From positions 1 through 55,553 of IMG/VR virus record IMGVR_UViG_3300045526_000237: a DNA stretch of 55,553 bases. One strand, 5' to 3'. Both the position numbers and the translations under genes were made by a program. This document shows positions 39,110 to 49,506 of this stretch, piece by piece. The notes below the pieces were generated by a model. That model did no database searches. It was given only the letters and a program-made list of their open reading frames with translations, and was not told the DNA's origin. Origin of the DNA: a virus (Duplodnaviria; Caudoviricetes). The first letter of the stretch is position 1, and the number at the start of each line of letters is the position of its first letter.

Positions 39110-39898
39110 CTATTCACTTTGAGAAGGTTGGGTAATTCTTCCAAGATAAGGATCATAATTCATCAGAGAATCAATAGACATGTCGCATCCTTGCTTTTGC
39201 CAGAATTCAATTAAACCATCATGACTCGCACGATGAAAAACGTCAATATGTTCTGGATGAATTGAAGATCCTAATTCAATTTTATAGAGAAATAATGGAA
39301 TTGAAAATGTATTTCCAGAATTATAAATTAAATCATCCGCAACTGCTCTTGGCTTTACATTTTGATCTAACTTATACTTATCACCTCTAACATGAAATTT
39401 GATGAGTTTTTCTGCATGATGGCGAGTAATCATATAAGCAGCGGTTGAGAAATCATTAATGAATCTTTTATGCAATTTTACATGAAGATCACCCGTACAA
39501 ATAATTGCAAGTTGAATTACATCCCAATCATAAGGAACTTTTGATACAAAATCCATCCAAGTAAAATTCCAAAATCTTACAGTCTGCAAATCAACATCAT
39601 CTTCCATAAAGATAGCATAAGAACTATCAGAAGTATCATACCAGTGCTTTATTGCTTTGAGGTGAGATGTTGTGCATCCAATTTCACCAGAAGTCATGTT
39701 ATCAGGATATTTACCTTTAATAATATCACTTAAATCATCATTGCGACCATCATAAGCAGAAATACGTGTATAGTTTTCTATCTCCCAATACCTAAATTGC
39801 TCTTCCATATATTGTGCTCTTTCTGGTTGCCCATCAAGATTTAAATAATATATTGGAGAGATGTTTTTAAGTTTATATACTGATTTATTTTTATCCAT
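39110..39898 (-). CDS. Glycosyltransferase family 25
   Basis: YYLNL....ER, RISAYDG, GEIGCTTSH, IFMEDD. Confidence 0.85.
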   Translation of the reverse strand: MDKNKSVYKLKNISPIYYLNLDGQPERAQYMEEQFRYWEIENYTRISAYDGRNDDLSDIIKGKYPDNMTSGEIGCTTSHLKAIKHWYDTSDSSYAIFMEDDVDLQTVRFWNFTWMDFVSKVPYDWDVIQLAIICTGDLHVKLHKRFINDFSTAAYMITRHHAEKLIKFHVRGDKYKLDQNVKPRAVADDLIYNSGNTFSIPLFLYKIELGSSIHPEHIDVFHRASHDGLIEFWQKQGCDMSIDSLMNYDPYLGRITQPSQSE

Positions 39899-40703
39899 TA
39901 TACTTTTTAAGATAATCTTGATTTGAGTAGTACTCTATAAGTTGATTTTTGTTCATTTTTTGAAGTTTCTCCCATAGTATATTATTATTGTCCATATAGG
40001 GATTATTGATCCAAGAATTATAACTTCTTGAATGTTCCAAATGATAAACAAAATTATCAATTCTACCTATATTATACCCCATGGTGCTAAATCTGTAAAA
40101 TCTTTCCTTATCTTCTGGAGAATATGCTATAAAATTTTCATTCTCCATGCCTCCTTCAATATAAACTTTACGATTAAAAAATTGAACCCAACCAAAATCA
40201 GAAGTATATGAGGTTGAATTTTTTTCAAGATAATTATAATCTAAAGTTTGAAGAAAGTGGGAAACAATTTCATCGCTTGGAGTAACTTGCCTCTGATACA
40301 TTCCTCTACCATAGGGATAAACTACATCATATTTACCACTCAGAATCATGTCATATGCAATTTTGTATGACTGTAAAGGAAGTAAAACATCACAATCATA
40401 ATTTACTATTAAATCGGTTTTACATTGAACAATCATTTCATTCAAAACCCTTTGTCGATGAAATGATGGGTTATCACTTCTTTCAAACATATGAATGATA
40501 TTGATATCAACTTCAAGTATATTTTTTAATATAGGCAGTGCCTCTTTTTCAAAAATAGACTCTTTATCAACTTCTTTAATTATAATATTAGTTGAAAAAT
40601 TTTCTAATAAAAATGCAACCGTAGTGATTATGTTTCTAAGTCTATCTGTTGATTCTATGCGTATAGGAATAATAAAAGTGGATTTTTCTAAGTCAATTTT
40701 CAT
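39891..40703 (-). CDS. GT-A glycosyltransferase (GT7-C/GT2-like)
   Basis: YDCDV, GGMENENFIAYSPED, YHLEH. Confidence 0.7.
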   Translation of the reverse strand: MKIDLEKSTFIIPIRIESTDRLRNIITTVAFLLENFSTNIIIKEVDKESIFEKEALPILKNILEVDINIIHMFERSDNPSFHRQRVLNEMIVQCKTDLIVNYDCDVLLPLQSYKIAYDMILSGKYDVVYPYGRGMYQRQVTPSDEIVSHFLQTLDYNYLEKNSTSYTSDFGWVQFFNRKVYIEGGMENENFIAYSPEDKERFYRFSTMGYNIGRIDNFVYHLEHSRSYNSWINNPYMDNNNILWEKLQKMNKNQLIEYYSNQDYLKKYNG

Positions 40704-41445
40704 CTGGATAATTTCTAGTATTTTTATTCTTGTTTAAAACATAATTTAATTCTTCTTCATTTACCATCCATGATCCTTCTGGACATTCTATTACTTTATT
40801 ATATTTTATACATGAAGAACTAATTCTATTATTGTGCTCTCTATTTGAAGTAAGATAATCTTCAATAATAAATGGCATCCCATGTTCATATCTCATTCTA
40901 TGATAAAAATCAGTATCCATTAAAAGTTGTAATTTTTCATCAAATTTTTCAAACTTTTCAGTTAAAAAAGAAACACAAGATGGACTACCAAGAAGATTTT
41001 GACCCTCTAACATCATATTAGTCCATTTTGGAATCATTGGCCTAAAATGTTGGTATCCATTATTAGTATGAGCAAATCCATTAAAACACCAATTATTTAA
41101 TTGATTATCAAAAACAGATTTTATTTTTGATAATGCAAATTTATTAATAAAAAGATCATCTTGAAAAATTAATTTGGTTATTTTACCATTACACATTTCG
41201 ACAGCAGAATTTGTGTTAAATGGACTATTCCCAAATTTATCTTCATTTTTATAATACTGAATTTGAAAATAATTTGCATACTTTTCACATACTTCAAGAA
41301 TATTATTATTTTTAGAATGATCAGAAACACAAACTTCAAACTTTTTAAACTCTTGAATTTTAATAGTTTCAAATAATTCAGAAAGGTATTGGCATCCAAT
41401 ACCTCCCATTTCATAAGTTGGAATAGCAATAGATATTTCTACCAT
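40693..41445 (-). CDS. Glycosyltransferase family 2
   Basis: ISIAIPTY, VCVSDHS, IFQDD, DTDFY. Confidence 0.8.
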   Translation of the reverse strand: MVEISIAIPTYEMGGIGCQYLSELFETIKIQEFKKFEVCVSDHSKNNNILEVCEKYANYFQIQYYKNEDKFGNSPFNTNSAVEMCNGKITKLIFQDDLFINKFALSKIKSVFDNQLNNWCFNGFAHTNNGYQHFRPMIPKWTNMMLEGQNLLGSPSCVSFLTEKFEKFDEKLQLLMDTDFYHRMRYEHGMPFIIEDYLTSNREHNNRISSSCIKYNKVIECPEGSWMVNEEELNYVLNKNKNTRNYPDEN

Positions 41446-42227
41446 TAAATTTTAATCCACCTTTCAGGAATAATGTCTTCAGTATTGTGATTTGCAGTAT
41501 ATCCAGTATCCCCAAACCAACGAGATGGTGCAATAACATTATCTGATCCAGACAACCAAGCACCCCACCAAGAAAAAGAAGAATTTGCAATGATGTGATG
41601 AGTACACATAGTCATCAAACACATATCTATAAGATTCCACCCAGACTCCGAAATCATAAATCTATCCGATTCAAAGATTTTTTGCCTTTTACACCACTCA
41701 GTATCATCTGAAAAAATAAGAACTGGAAGATCTGTATCAAATCTACTCAATGCTTCCTCATAATAGTCCAATGAACATGGTGGATGATCTGCAGATTTTT
41801 CAATATAATCTGTTCTTCTTACATGTAAAGAAATAATTTCATCAAACTCAAATGCTTCTTTACAAGGATTTAAAATTTCTGATTTAAAAGTAAAATCTTC
41901 ACGAATACTGTTGGCAATATGAGAAAAATATTTTTCAGTTTGAAAATATCCAAATAAATTTACATTGTCTGGACATTCATCAACATATTTTTGAGAGTAG
42001 TTAAACTGCTTTTCTTGATAATAATTAGCAGATAAAAACTTTTTATTTTTTAAGTTAGGAAGTTCAAATGATTCAAATAATTGGTGGTCTTCCCATTCAT
42101 TTTTAAAGTCTGATTCTGGAATACAAAATTCATATCCTTTGATTGCAGCAATTCCCCGAAGTGCTGCATATTGAAACATTTGATTTCCAAGACGACCATG
42201 ACGACCAATGTGATTAAATCCAATCAT
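41445..42227 (-). CDS. Glycosyltransferase family 11 (alpha-1,2-fucosyltransferase-like)
   Basis: GRLGNQMFQYA, GYFQTEKYF, LHVRRTDY, NSSFSWWGAWL; start MIGFNH. Confidence 0.9.
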   Translation of the reverse strand: MIGFNHIGRHGRLGNQMFQYAALRGIAAIKGYEFCIPESDFKNEWEDHQLFESFELPNLKNKKFLSANYYQEKQFNYSQKYVDECPDNVNLFGYFQTEKYFSHIANSIREDFTFKSEILNPCKEAFEFDEIISLHVRRTDYIEKSADHPPCSLDYYEEALSRFDTDLPVLIFSDDTEWCKRQKIFESDRFMISESGWNLIDMCLMTMCTHHIIANSSFSWWGAWLSGSDNVIAPSRWFGDTGYTANHNTEDIIPERWIKI

Positions 42228-42337
42228 AATTTTATACCTTATTATTTGACCATTTATCGGTAAACCTATCGCTATATGATTTTTTTCGATTATATGCAAA
42301 ATTAAATTTTTCAATAATTTCTATCATTATTTTTCTT

Positions 42338-43204
42338 TCACAAAAATTTTAAAATATTATTAATGCGATTTACATATGTATGTTTATCTTTAATGAATTG
42401 CATTGCTTCTCTCATATTAATTTTATTATTTAAAGAATCTTCTACTAGATTATCATACAAACTTTCTGGGGTTCCACCAAAAACCACATAATCACCAAAT
42501 GCTTTTTTAATGAAAGGTGAATTAGTTCCCTGAACTTGACCATAACTAATATTCTTTTGTATTCTACACGGAATATATCCACATTGCAAGTGCCAATCAC
42601 TCCTAAAATCGGGACAAACAAAAGAATCCTTAATTAATTGCATATTTTCTTCATAACTTACTGATTGGGTAAAAAGTTTGACCTCTTTATTATGTTTTTT
42701 GGCATAATACGCAAATGTTTGAACCCAATAAAATCCTTGCTCATACATCATTCCAACATAATTTATATTAGGTTTATTCCAATCAAATTTCACATGGTTG
42801 TCAACGTCAATTTCATGAGGTAAAAGATCAGTACCCCAAGTTTGATATAATGTCCTAGTTGAATTATCCCAGTGACACAAATCTTCTACTTTTTCAAACT
42901 TTTCAGTCTCTTGAATACAATTACCAAGTTTTAAAACATTTTCATAAGAAATACCAGCATCAATTAGATATTTTGTGTCAACATGATGAGTTATGTATTT
43001 GCAATCTTTTCTCAAAGGCATGTAAGATTTTTGAGAATCTTCTACAAAAAAAACTGAGTTTGAAAAATCTAAATCAACGTCTGGAGAATTAGGAACCCAA
43101 TTAACTTCATACCCAAGATATTGAAATGCTTTTGTATAAGTGCTATGAATATATCCGTGTGTAGATGAATGTAATGGGTAATGACCCCATATTATTATTT
43201 TCAT
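42338..43204 (-). CDS. Putative GT-B glycosyltransferase
   Basis: THGYIH...AF..LGY; GYIPCRI; KHTYVNRIN. Confidence 0.55.
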   Translation of the reverse strand: MKIIIWGHYPLHSSTHGYIHSTYTKAFQYLGYEVNWVPNSPDVDLDFSNSVFFVEDSQKSYMPLRKDCKYITHHVDTKYLIDAGISYENVLKLGNCIQETEKFEKVEDLCHWDNSTRTLYQTWGTDLLPHEIDVDNHVKFDWNKPNINYVGMMYEQGFYWVQTFAYYAKKHNKEVKLFTQSVSYEENMQLIKDSFVCPDFRSDWHLQCGYIPCRIQKNISYGQVQGTNSPFIKKAFGDYVVFGGTPESLYDNLVEDSLNNKINMREAMQFIKDKHTYVNRINNILKFL

Positions 43205-43875
43205 AATACTGTCCCCGCTGGTAAATGATAATGAAACCCAAAAGGAACTATTCCCTCAGTTTCTTGAATAGGTTTTTCGTGAGCAAATTTTGCAGCGATT
43301 TCTATTGGAGCAAATTTGCATCCACATCTTTCATATATATGCCTATTATGAACGCAAATATTTCCATCTTCTGCAAAATTATTTGCACTCATATGTTTAT
43401 AGAAATTTCCATGATTAACGTTCCACTCAACATACTCATGCTTAGGAACGTCTAGCAATTTTTTACTCCTTAAACTAAATCCACCATTTCCAACTCTTTG
43501 ATGATTTCCAAATGGATCAATATAAGCGTTTTCACTATATTGCCAAGGAGCACCAATATAATCATACTCTAACCAACAATTTTCCCATTTATCTGGATTA
43601 ATAACAAATCCATCTGCTTGAATCAATAAACAATGTGAGGTATCTACATGATTAGTCAAATTATAAATGCAGTAATAACTGTAATCATTAATATTATTAA
43701 TTTTATAACTCTCAGAATATTCTATAAAATTTGGAAGATCTTTTGGTCTTTCATGTGTAACTAACTTTACAGAACCAAAATTAATACCCTCAACACTTTT
43801 TTGAAAGGCAAAATATGTTTGATGTAGATTTACTGAAGATATGCAAATTAAAGTCACATCAGGCAAATTAATCAT
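43201..43875 (-). CDS. DUF5672-like putative glycosyltransferase
   Basis: LLIQADG, YDYIGAPW, VGNGGFSLRS, AED, PFGFH. Confidence 0.8.
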   Translation of the reverse strand: MINLPDVTLICISSVNLHQTYFAFQKSVEGINFGSVKLVTHERPKDLPNFIEYSESYKINNINDYSYYCIYNLTNHVDTSHCLLIQADGFVINPDKWENCWLEYDYIGAPWQYSENAYIDPFGNHQRVGNGGFSLRSKKLLDVPKHEYVEWNVNHGNFYKHMSANNFAEDGNICVHNRHIYERCGCKFAPIEIAAKFAHEKPIQETEGIVPFGFHYHLPAGTVL

Positions 43876-44441
43876 TTTTTAATTCCCCAAAAATATAAAT
43901 CACAGTGATTTGTCTCTACCTCAAAACAATATTCTGTAAAAATTTTATCGACATCTAAACATTCTCTAATATCTTCTTCTGTTAAATTTTTATAGTAATC
44001 ATTATTCCAATTTTCAAGAGAAACATTTGGCATAGTTTTCCAATTTTTATCTTTATTTTTGAAATAACTTTCTAGAATCTTAACGCCATGAACTGGTCTT
44101 CCTGTAGTTGCACATGTAAATAAAAATAGTCCCCCAGATTTTAAAAGTCTCACAGCGTTCTGAATACTTTCTCTATAAAATGGATTATGCTCCCAACATT
44201 CACATGAAATTATAGTATCATAGGATTCATTTGGAGCGTCATATTCATGAGCAGAGCAAACAATATCAACTCCAGGGCCTTCTGATAAATCTAGTCCATA
44301 AAATTCACAATTATCAAATAAAAATTCTTCATTACCATTAACATCAAAAGATCCAATATCTAAAACTTTTACTTCCTTAAAATGATTAGGAAATTTTGTT
44401 TTCACTTTTTTGCAAAATATCCATTGTTCAGAGTGTGCCAT
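43872..44441 (-). CDS. Class I SAM methyltransferase
   Basis: VLDIGSFDVNG, GLDLSEGPGVD, YDTIISCECWEH, LKSGG. Confidence 0.85.
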   Translation of the reverse strand: MAHSEQWIFCKKVKTKFPNHFKEVKVLDIGSFDVNGNEEFLFDNCEFYGLDLSEGPGVDIVCSAHEYDAPNESYDTIISCECWEHNPFYRESIQNAVRLLKSGGLFLFTCATTGRPVHGVKILESYFKNKDKNWKTMPNVSLENWNNDYYKNLTEEDIRECLDVDKIFTEYCFEVETNHCDLYFWGIKK

Positions 44442-44448
44442 GTTTTTT

Positions 44449-45342
44449 TTAATTTAATTTTTTTGTTTTTGTGTATTCTTTAAATTCTATTAGGCATTCT
44501 TCATAAGTTTGAAGATTTCCATTTCTATCTTGATAACTCCAACCCTCATACATATTTTGAGAGCTTGACCAATATCCATCAGAAACATTATGTCTCGCCC
44601 AGTACTTTGGAGCTATTATATTTTTAATTGTCTCACTTGTAAATACTGCAAAAAATGGAAAAGTTGAATTAGAAAGAATTACATTCTTTGAATTTTTAAT
44701 TATAACATAGTCTTTATCAACTGAAAAATGGTATGCAGGTATTTCTGGTAACATTTGATTTGCCGATACAATATCATCCGTAACTATGACAAATTCCATG
44801 TTTGGATTTATTTTAACCATATTATCCATGGCATCCAACCAATATTTTCTATTTAAATATAGTTCATGAAATCCAACATATTCACCACCACGAAAATTTA
44901 AAACACAAATATTATCGTCTGTATAGTCATAATCATCATACTCAGGTTTAACTTTTAACCACTCTTTAATAAGTTGTCTATTATGAGAAAAATATTTTTG
45001 ATCCTGCATGTTGCCAAAAATTAAAGTGTTGTCTGGAACATTATAGAGATCATTATCATATCCTCTAATATCACATCCATGAATCATATCATGAATGCAT
45101 GTATCAGTTTTGATTCTTTTATCCTTTTCATAGTAAATTTCCATTTCATCTGAAACAGGTTTCCCCATATCTAAATCAAACCAATAAAAACCATCTTGAT
45201 TATATCTTTTATCACCAGCAGACTTAGAAGAATCTTTAATACCAAAATCTAACCCCCTATCATAAGCAATAGATCTTGTTGTCACATAACAAAAAAGTTG
45301 ATTACCTATTCCCTGTCCTCTTAATATTTCAGTTGCTAACAT
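44449..45342 (-). CDS. GT11-like glycosyltransferase
   Basis: GQGIGNQLF, NFRGGEY, VTDD, SNSTF. Confidence 0.75.
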   Translation of the reverse strand: MLATEILRGQGIGNQLFCYVTTRSIAYDRGLDFGIKDSSKSAGDKRYNQDGFYWFDLDMGKPVSDEMEIYYEKDKRIKTDTCIHDMIHGCDIRGYDNDLYNVPDNTLIFGNMQDQKYFSHNRQLIKEWLKVKPEYDDYDYTDDNICVLNFRGGEYVGFHELYLNRKYWLDAMDNMVKINPNMEFVIVTDDIVSANQMLPEIPAYHFSVDKDYVIIKNSKNVILSNSTFPFFAVFTSETIKNIIAPKYWARHNVSDGYWSSSQNMYEGWSYQDRNGNLQTYEECLIEFKEYTKTKKLN

Positions 45343-46129
45343 CTTTAATTAAATGCGAATATTTTTCAATATTTTGAACAATGTATTCTGGAAAGTCATT
45401 TTCATTAATTGAAACTAACTTATAACTTTCATTTCTGCCGAGAATATCAATATTGTTATTAATACACTTTTCTATGTTTAATTTTATCCAATCATTATTA
45501 TATTCTTGATGACTAAAGGACTCTAATTTATATTTAATCATTTCCTTTCCACCAAGATAGGTGAAATGCCATCCACCATTTTCAATAATAAATCCAGTTA
45601 ATTTATCCTCGTCTTCAGTTGCTTGTCTAATATCGTCTATGGTTTTATCATTTAAAAATGATAAACTACATATTCTAGATCCAAACCATTGACTTGTCTT
45701 AAAATTATTAAGATAGTACATATACATATCTTGTTTTAAATGATATAAATTATCAATTTTGAACCAATCTGAATAATTTTTCAATACCTCTACTGAAGGT
45801 ATTTCATCTATATCACTAGTAATAATTAAGTCTTCTTCATTAAATTTTTCTCGAATTAAAGAAAGAGGAGAGTTTCTTTGAAAAATTTCCCTATCCCAAG
45901 TAATAGAAATATTTTCAGGAATAGTAATTTGATTATAAATTATTTTATCTTCAAATTTTTTAAATTTATTTTTATTCTTTAAGTAGTTAAATTGTTTCTC
46001 ATTTCCAGAAAAAGTCCGATCAGATTCCGTAATAACAAAACAATCGACATAATCATATAAGATATTTAACCTAAGATCTAAAAGATCAACTTCATTGAAA
46101 AACAAAAAGGAATCTATAATTTTAGTCAT
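45329..46129 (-). CDS. Glycosyltransferase family 17
   Basis: FFNE.DLL.LR, TFSG, QRN, SDIDEIP, GGWHF, K.ESFSH. Confidence 0.85.
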   Translation of the reverse strand: MTKIIDSFLFFNEVDLLDLRLNILYDYVDCFVITESDRTFSGNEKQFNYLKNKNKFKKFEDKIIYNQITIPENISITWDREIFQRNSPLSLIREKFNEEDLIITSDIDEIPSVEVLKNYSDWFKIDNLYHLKQDMYMYYLNNFKTSQWFGSRICSLSFLNDKTIDDIRQATEDEDKLTGFIIENGGWHFTYLGGKEMIKYKLESFSHQEYNNDWIKLNIEKCINNNIDILGRNESYKLVSINENDFPEYIVQNIEKYSHLIKDVSN

Positions 46130-46145
46130 AAAAAAGAAAATATAA

Positions 46146-46739
46146 TTATTTTTTTATTTTGGAAAAGTCTAGTGTAAGAAGTGATGTACCTTCAAATTTA
46201 TAAAGGACTACATAATCCCTATACTCTTCCGGAAATATTTCATACAGTACAAAATTTGGATCATATAAAATATCTTCAATTATGAAAATACCATCTTCAC
46301 TCATCTTAGGAAGATAATAATCAATAGCTTTAATATGACTTTCAACAGTATGTGGCCCGTCATCAATAAAAATATCAATATCGTTTGGAATTTTATCTAC
46401 AAACTCTTTTTGGTAAGCATCTCCAATAATATATTCAACATTATCACCAGAAACCCACTCTTGATTTACTGGAATACTATGACTATTATTAGTTTCTAAA
46501 TTGTCTAGTCCATAAATTTTTTTAGCTTTACTAAAATAATTTTTCCATAAAGCAAGAGAAGCTCCTCCTCTAACACCTATTTCAACCAAAACAATATTTT
46601 TTTCTTTTAATCTTAAAAAATTTTCATCATAATATTCATCAACGTATGGATGAACATCTTTGTCTGTTCCATAATTATCTATAGATTGATGAATAATACT
46701 CAATTTCTCATCTTCAATGATTTGCTTCAGTGTTTTCAT
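46146..46739 (-). CDS. Class I SAM methyltransferase
   Basis: GTDK, VEIGVRGGASL..W, IFIDDGPH, GIFIIED. Confidence 0.85.
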   Translation of the reverse strand: MKTLKQIIEDEKLSIIHQSIDNYGTDKDVHPYVDEYYDENFLRLKEKNIVLVEIGVRGGASLALWKNYFSKAKKIYGLDNLETNNSHSIPVNQEWVSGDNVEYIIGDAYQKEFVDKIPNDIDIFIDDGPHTVESHIKAIDYYLPKMSEDGIFIIEDILYDPNFVLYEIFPEEYRDYVVLYKFEGTSLLTLDFSKIKK

Positions 46740-46764
46740 TTTTAATATTTAAACAATAATTTAT

Positions 46765-47478
46765 TTAGACCATAAGAGAAAAGTTTTCTTCTAAAAATCC
46801 ACTCCAAGCCATATGTAAAATTCTTTCAAACCAATGTGCTTCTACAACATTAGAATGATGATAATCGGTATAATTCATCATTTTTTTATAAAAATTTCTA
46901 CTATATTTTAAAATGTTTTCTTTTGGAACAACATAATTTCCACCTGGAGCAAATAAAACATATTCTGGTATTTTTTCAATCAAGAACAAATCTTTCATAA
47001 ATTCTGGAAAATTTTTTATTCTTGGATAAATTTTGGTATCTGTTCTTATTTCGTGATTTACTCTCTCAACATAAGTACAATCATTAACTGTAAAAGGAGT
47101 ATTATACTTACTTTGATTTTGATTTAATTCTAAAGATACAAAAAAATTCGATTTTAATGACCTGTTTAATTTTTCTTCAGTAGTATAATTATTTTGAAGT
47201 AAATTGCACTTTAAAAAAATACTAAAATCTGGAAGATTATCATAATTATCTAATATATACTTCCCCATAACGTATATACTATATCCCACATTTGGAGTTC
47301 TAATAACAGAACCATATTTTTCAAGTCTTTTTGGATCTAAATTTACTCCATTAAATCCTTCATGTTCCCTATCATAGATGATAATATCATCTTTAGTATA
47401 TCCACTTTTTAGTAGAATATGATACCACTCGATAAACTTATCAGTATGATTAGTGATAATTATTTTTTTACTAAACAC
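46765..47478 (-). CDS. DUF3431-like protein
   Basis: PNVG......YILDNYDNLPD...F; FAPGGNY.V; AH.FER. Confidence 0.65.
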   Translation of the reverse strand: MFSKKIIITNHTDKFIEWYHILLKSGYTKDDIIIYDREHEGFNGVNLDPKRLEKYGSVIRTPNVGYSIYVMGKYILDNYDNLPDFSIFLKCNLLQNNYTTEEKLNRSLKSNFFVSLELNQNQSKYNTPFTVNDCTYVERVNHEIRTDTKIYPRIKNFPEFMKDLFLIEKIPEYVLFAPGGNYVVPKENILKYSRNFYKKMMNYTDYHHSNVVEAHWFERILHMAWSGFLEENFSLMV

Positions 47479-47484
47479 TTTAAC

Positions 47485-48531
47485 CTATCCTTTAATTTGC
47501 TGCAAAATCCATTTATAAGTCTTACGAATACCCTCTTCCAGAGTCTGTGAGTAATCCCAACCAAGTTCTTTTCGAATCAAATCATTATTAGAATTACGAC
47601 CACGAACACCAAGAGGAGCATCAAGAATATGTTTCTTCTCTACTGTTTTACCAGAAACTCTTGCGACAGTATCTACAAGTTGATTGATGGTGACCATTTC
47701 TTCTGAACCAATATTTACTGGTCCGATGAAATCAGATTCCATCATTCTTCTAGTAGCTTCAATACATTCAGAGATGTAGAGAAAGGATCTAGTTTGAATC
47801 CCGTCACCCCAGACATCAATGGTTCCACCTTCTTCTGGGAGATATGCAACCTTACGGCAGATTGCTGCTGGTGCTTTTTCTCTTCCTCCTTCCCAGGTTC
47901 CTTCGGGTCCAAAGATGTTATGATAACGAGCAACCCTGACAGGAATACCATAATTGCGATGATAGGCAAAATAAAGTCTTTCAGAAAAAAGTTTTTCCCA
48001 TCCATATTCTGAGTCTGGATTCGCGGGATAGGCGGATTCTTCACGGCAATCAGGATTGTCTGGATCAAGTTGATTATGCTCCGGATACATACAAGCAGAT
48101 CCAGAATAGAAAATTTTAGTGATGTTTTTACCCATACGCTCATTCATCTGTCTCTGCATTTCAAGAACATTCAAGTTGATAGTTGCAGAATTGTGCATAA
48201 TGTCTGCATCGTTCTCCCCGGTAAAAACAAATCCAGCACCTCCCATATCTGCAGCAAACTGATAGATTTCATCAAATACCTGAACATAACGATAAGGAAC
48301 TTCATGGAAAAAATTGCCACGATCTCCTTTATATTCAAGAGCACGACGGACAAAATCTACATCACGCAAATCACCTTGAACAAATTCATTTGCTTCGGTT
48401 TTAGAAAATTCAGGATATTTAAGATCCACACCACGAACCCAATATCCTTCAGAACGCAGTCTGCGAACCATATGACTTCCAATAAATCCACCAGCACCAA
48501 GCACTAATGCCTTTTTAACGTATTGACTCAT
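47485..48531 (-). CDS. NAD-dependent epimerase/dehydratase (GDP-mannose 3,5-epimerase-like, WcaG superfamily)
   Basis: GAGGFIGSH, AADMGGAGF, SACMY, YGWEK, EKAPAAICRK, GVRGRNS. Confidence 0.9.
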   Translation of the reverse strand: MSQYVKKALVLGAGGFIGSHMVRRLRSEGYWVRGVDLKYPEFSKTEANEFVQGDLRDVDFVRRALEYKGDRGNFFHEVPYRYVQVFDEIYQFAADMGGAGFVFTGENDADIMHNSATINLNVLEMQRQMNERMGKNITKIFYSGSACMYPEHNQLDPDNPDCREESAYPANPDSEYGWEKLFSERLYFAYHRNYGIPVRVARYHNIFGPEGTWEGGREKAPAAICRKVAYLPEEGGTIDVWGDGIQTRSFLYISECIEATRRMMESDFIGPVNIGSEEMVTINQLVDTVARVSGKTVEKKHILDAPLGVRGRNSNNDLIRKELGWDYSQTLEEGIRKTYKWILQQIKG

Positions 48532-48555
48532 AAAAACATAAACTCTATAGTATGT

Positions 48556-48591
48556 ATTATACCAAAAAGGGTGGACTATGTAAATCCACCC
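48556..48591 (-). promoter_or_regulatory. Hairpin/terminator overlapping extended -10 promoter of the glycan operon
   Basis: GGGTGGA..TCCACCC-TTTT then TGGTATAAT. Confidence 0.55.
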
Positions 48592-48602
48592 AATACGACT
48601 AA

Positions 48603-48728
48603 TAATTTTTTAACTGGAAATTAAAAACCAGGCGGGATTACCCCATCCGCACCACCAATCCTTGAAAGAGAGATTGGAAACTCTTTGGGTCATTGACTCC
48701 ACCACCTAATTTTGAGAAACTAGGAAAA
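48603..48728 (-). ncRNA. wcaG/manA-like cyanophage RNA: tandem pseudoknot units
   Basis: Units GGTGGAGTCAATGACCC-AGAG/CTCT + CCAATC/GATTGG and GGTGCGGATGGG..CCCGCC-CTGG/CCAG + TAATT/AATTA; located upstream of an epimerase gene. Confidence 0.65.
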
Positions 48729-48939
48729 GATGAATTAGTTTTGATGTTTCACTAACTCCAAAAAATGCACATAAAAATAGTACATCCCACAGTTTAAGTT
48801 TGATTGCGAAAGGAACTGTAAGTAATCCCCCAACAACTTTTAAAACTAAACCATATTTAAAATCTCCCCACAACATGGTTTGATAACCAATTATAAGAAG
48901 GAAGTTTCCAAGATATCGTAAGATACTTGTTTTTGACAT
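48706..48939 (-). CDS. Small membrane protein
   Basis: Three hydrophobic segments. Confidence 0.65.
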   Translation of the reverse strand: MSKTSILRYLGNFLLIIGYQTMLWGDFKYGLVLKVVGGLLTVPFAIKLKLWDVLFLCAFFGVSETSKLIHLFLVSQN

Positions 48940-48994
48940 AAAGGGGGTTGCTCCCGACCAGTGCTTTTAAAGTCTCTCCGTGACTATTTAATAC

Positions 48995-49210
48995 TCAAAC
49001 AATCTCAACAGTTTCTAGATCCTGAGAAACATATTCCATAAGAATATCATAATCATCAAGTGGATCTCCAGAAAATAGTACTCCTTCATTTTCATAATAA
49101 CGACGAACTTTTTTATAAAGTTTTGGATTCTTTACATCAAGATAAAATTCCCCATTAGCAGCAGAACGAAGAGTGCTAATATCTTTTTTGAATTTTGCAG
49201 TCAGAGACAT
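48995..49210 (-). CDS. Cyanophage-type hypothetical protein
   Basis: LDVKNPKLYKKVRRYYENEGV.FSGDP.DDY. Confidence 0.7.
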   Translation of the reverse strand: MSLTAKFKKDISTLRSAANGEFYLDVKNPKLYKKVRRYYENEGVLFSGDPLDDYDILMEYVSQDLETVEIV

Positions 49211-49233
49211 TGTTTTGAATGATTTACTCTAGT

Positions 49234-49286
49234 ATTATAAAGGTTTAAACGTCTTATGTCAAGTGTGCCAGAACTAAAAGTGTCAC
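49234..49286 (-). promoter_or_regulatory. Consensus sigma70 promoter with upstream GTGACA-N10-TGGCAC inverted box
   Basis: TTGACA-17-TATAAT (49262-49234). Confidence 0.8.
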
Positions 49287-49306
49287 ACCTACCATTTCAA
49301 GACATC

Positions 49307-49420
49307 TTATTTATTTCGATGTATGAACATTATGCCCAATATTGGAGGAACTATAAGTCCCCACCCACAAAGACCTATCCATATAGGATTCGATGCTAAA
49401 AATTCTACGATGTGTAACAT
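49307..49420 (-). CDS. 37-aa membrane peptide
   Basis: MLHIVEFLASNPIWIGLCGGGLIVPPILGIMFIHRNK. Confidence 0.5.
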   Translation of the reverse strand: MLHIVEFLASNPIWIGLCGWGLIVPPILGIMFIHRNK

Positions 49421-49422
49421 GA

Positions 49423-49506
49423 TCAATATGCGTGATTTAATGCCCAAAAAATCAAAATTCCAATAATTCCAAAAATTGTCATTGCGTTATAAAGATTTTT
49501 ACTCAT
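49423..49506 (-). CDS. 27-aa membrane peptide
   Basis: MSKNLYNAMTIFGIIGILIFWALNHAY. Confidence 0.5.
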   Translation of the reverse strand: MSKNLYNAMTIFGIIGILIFWALNHAY

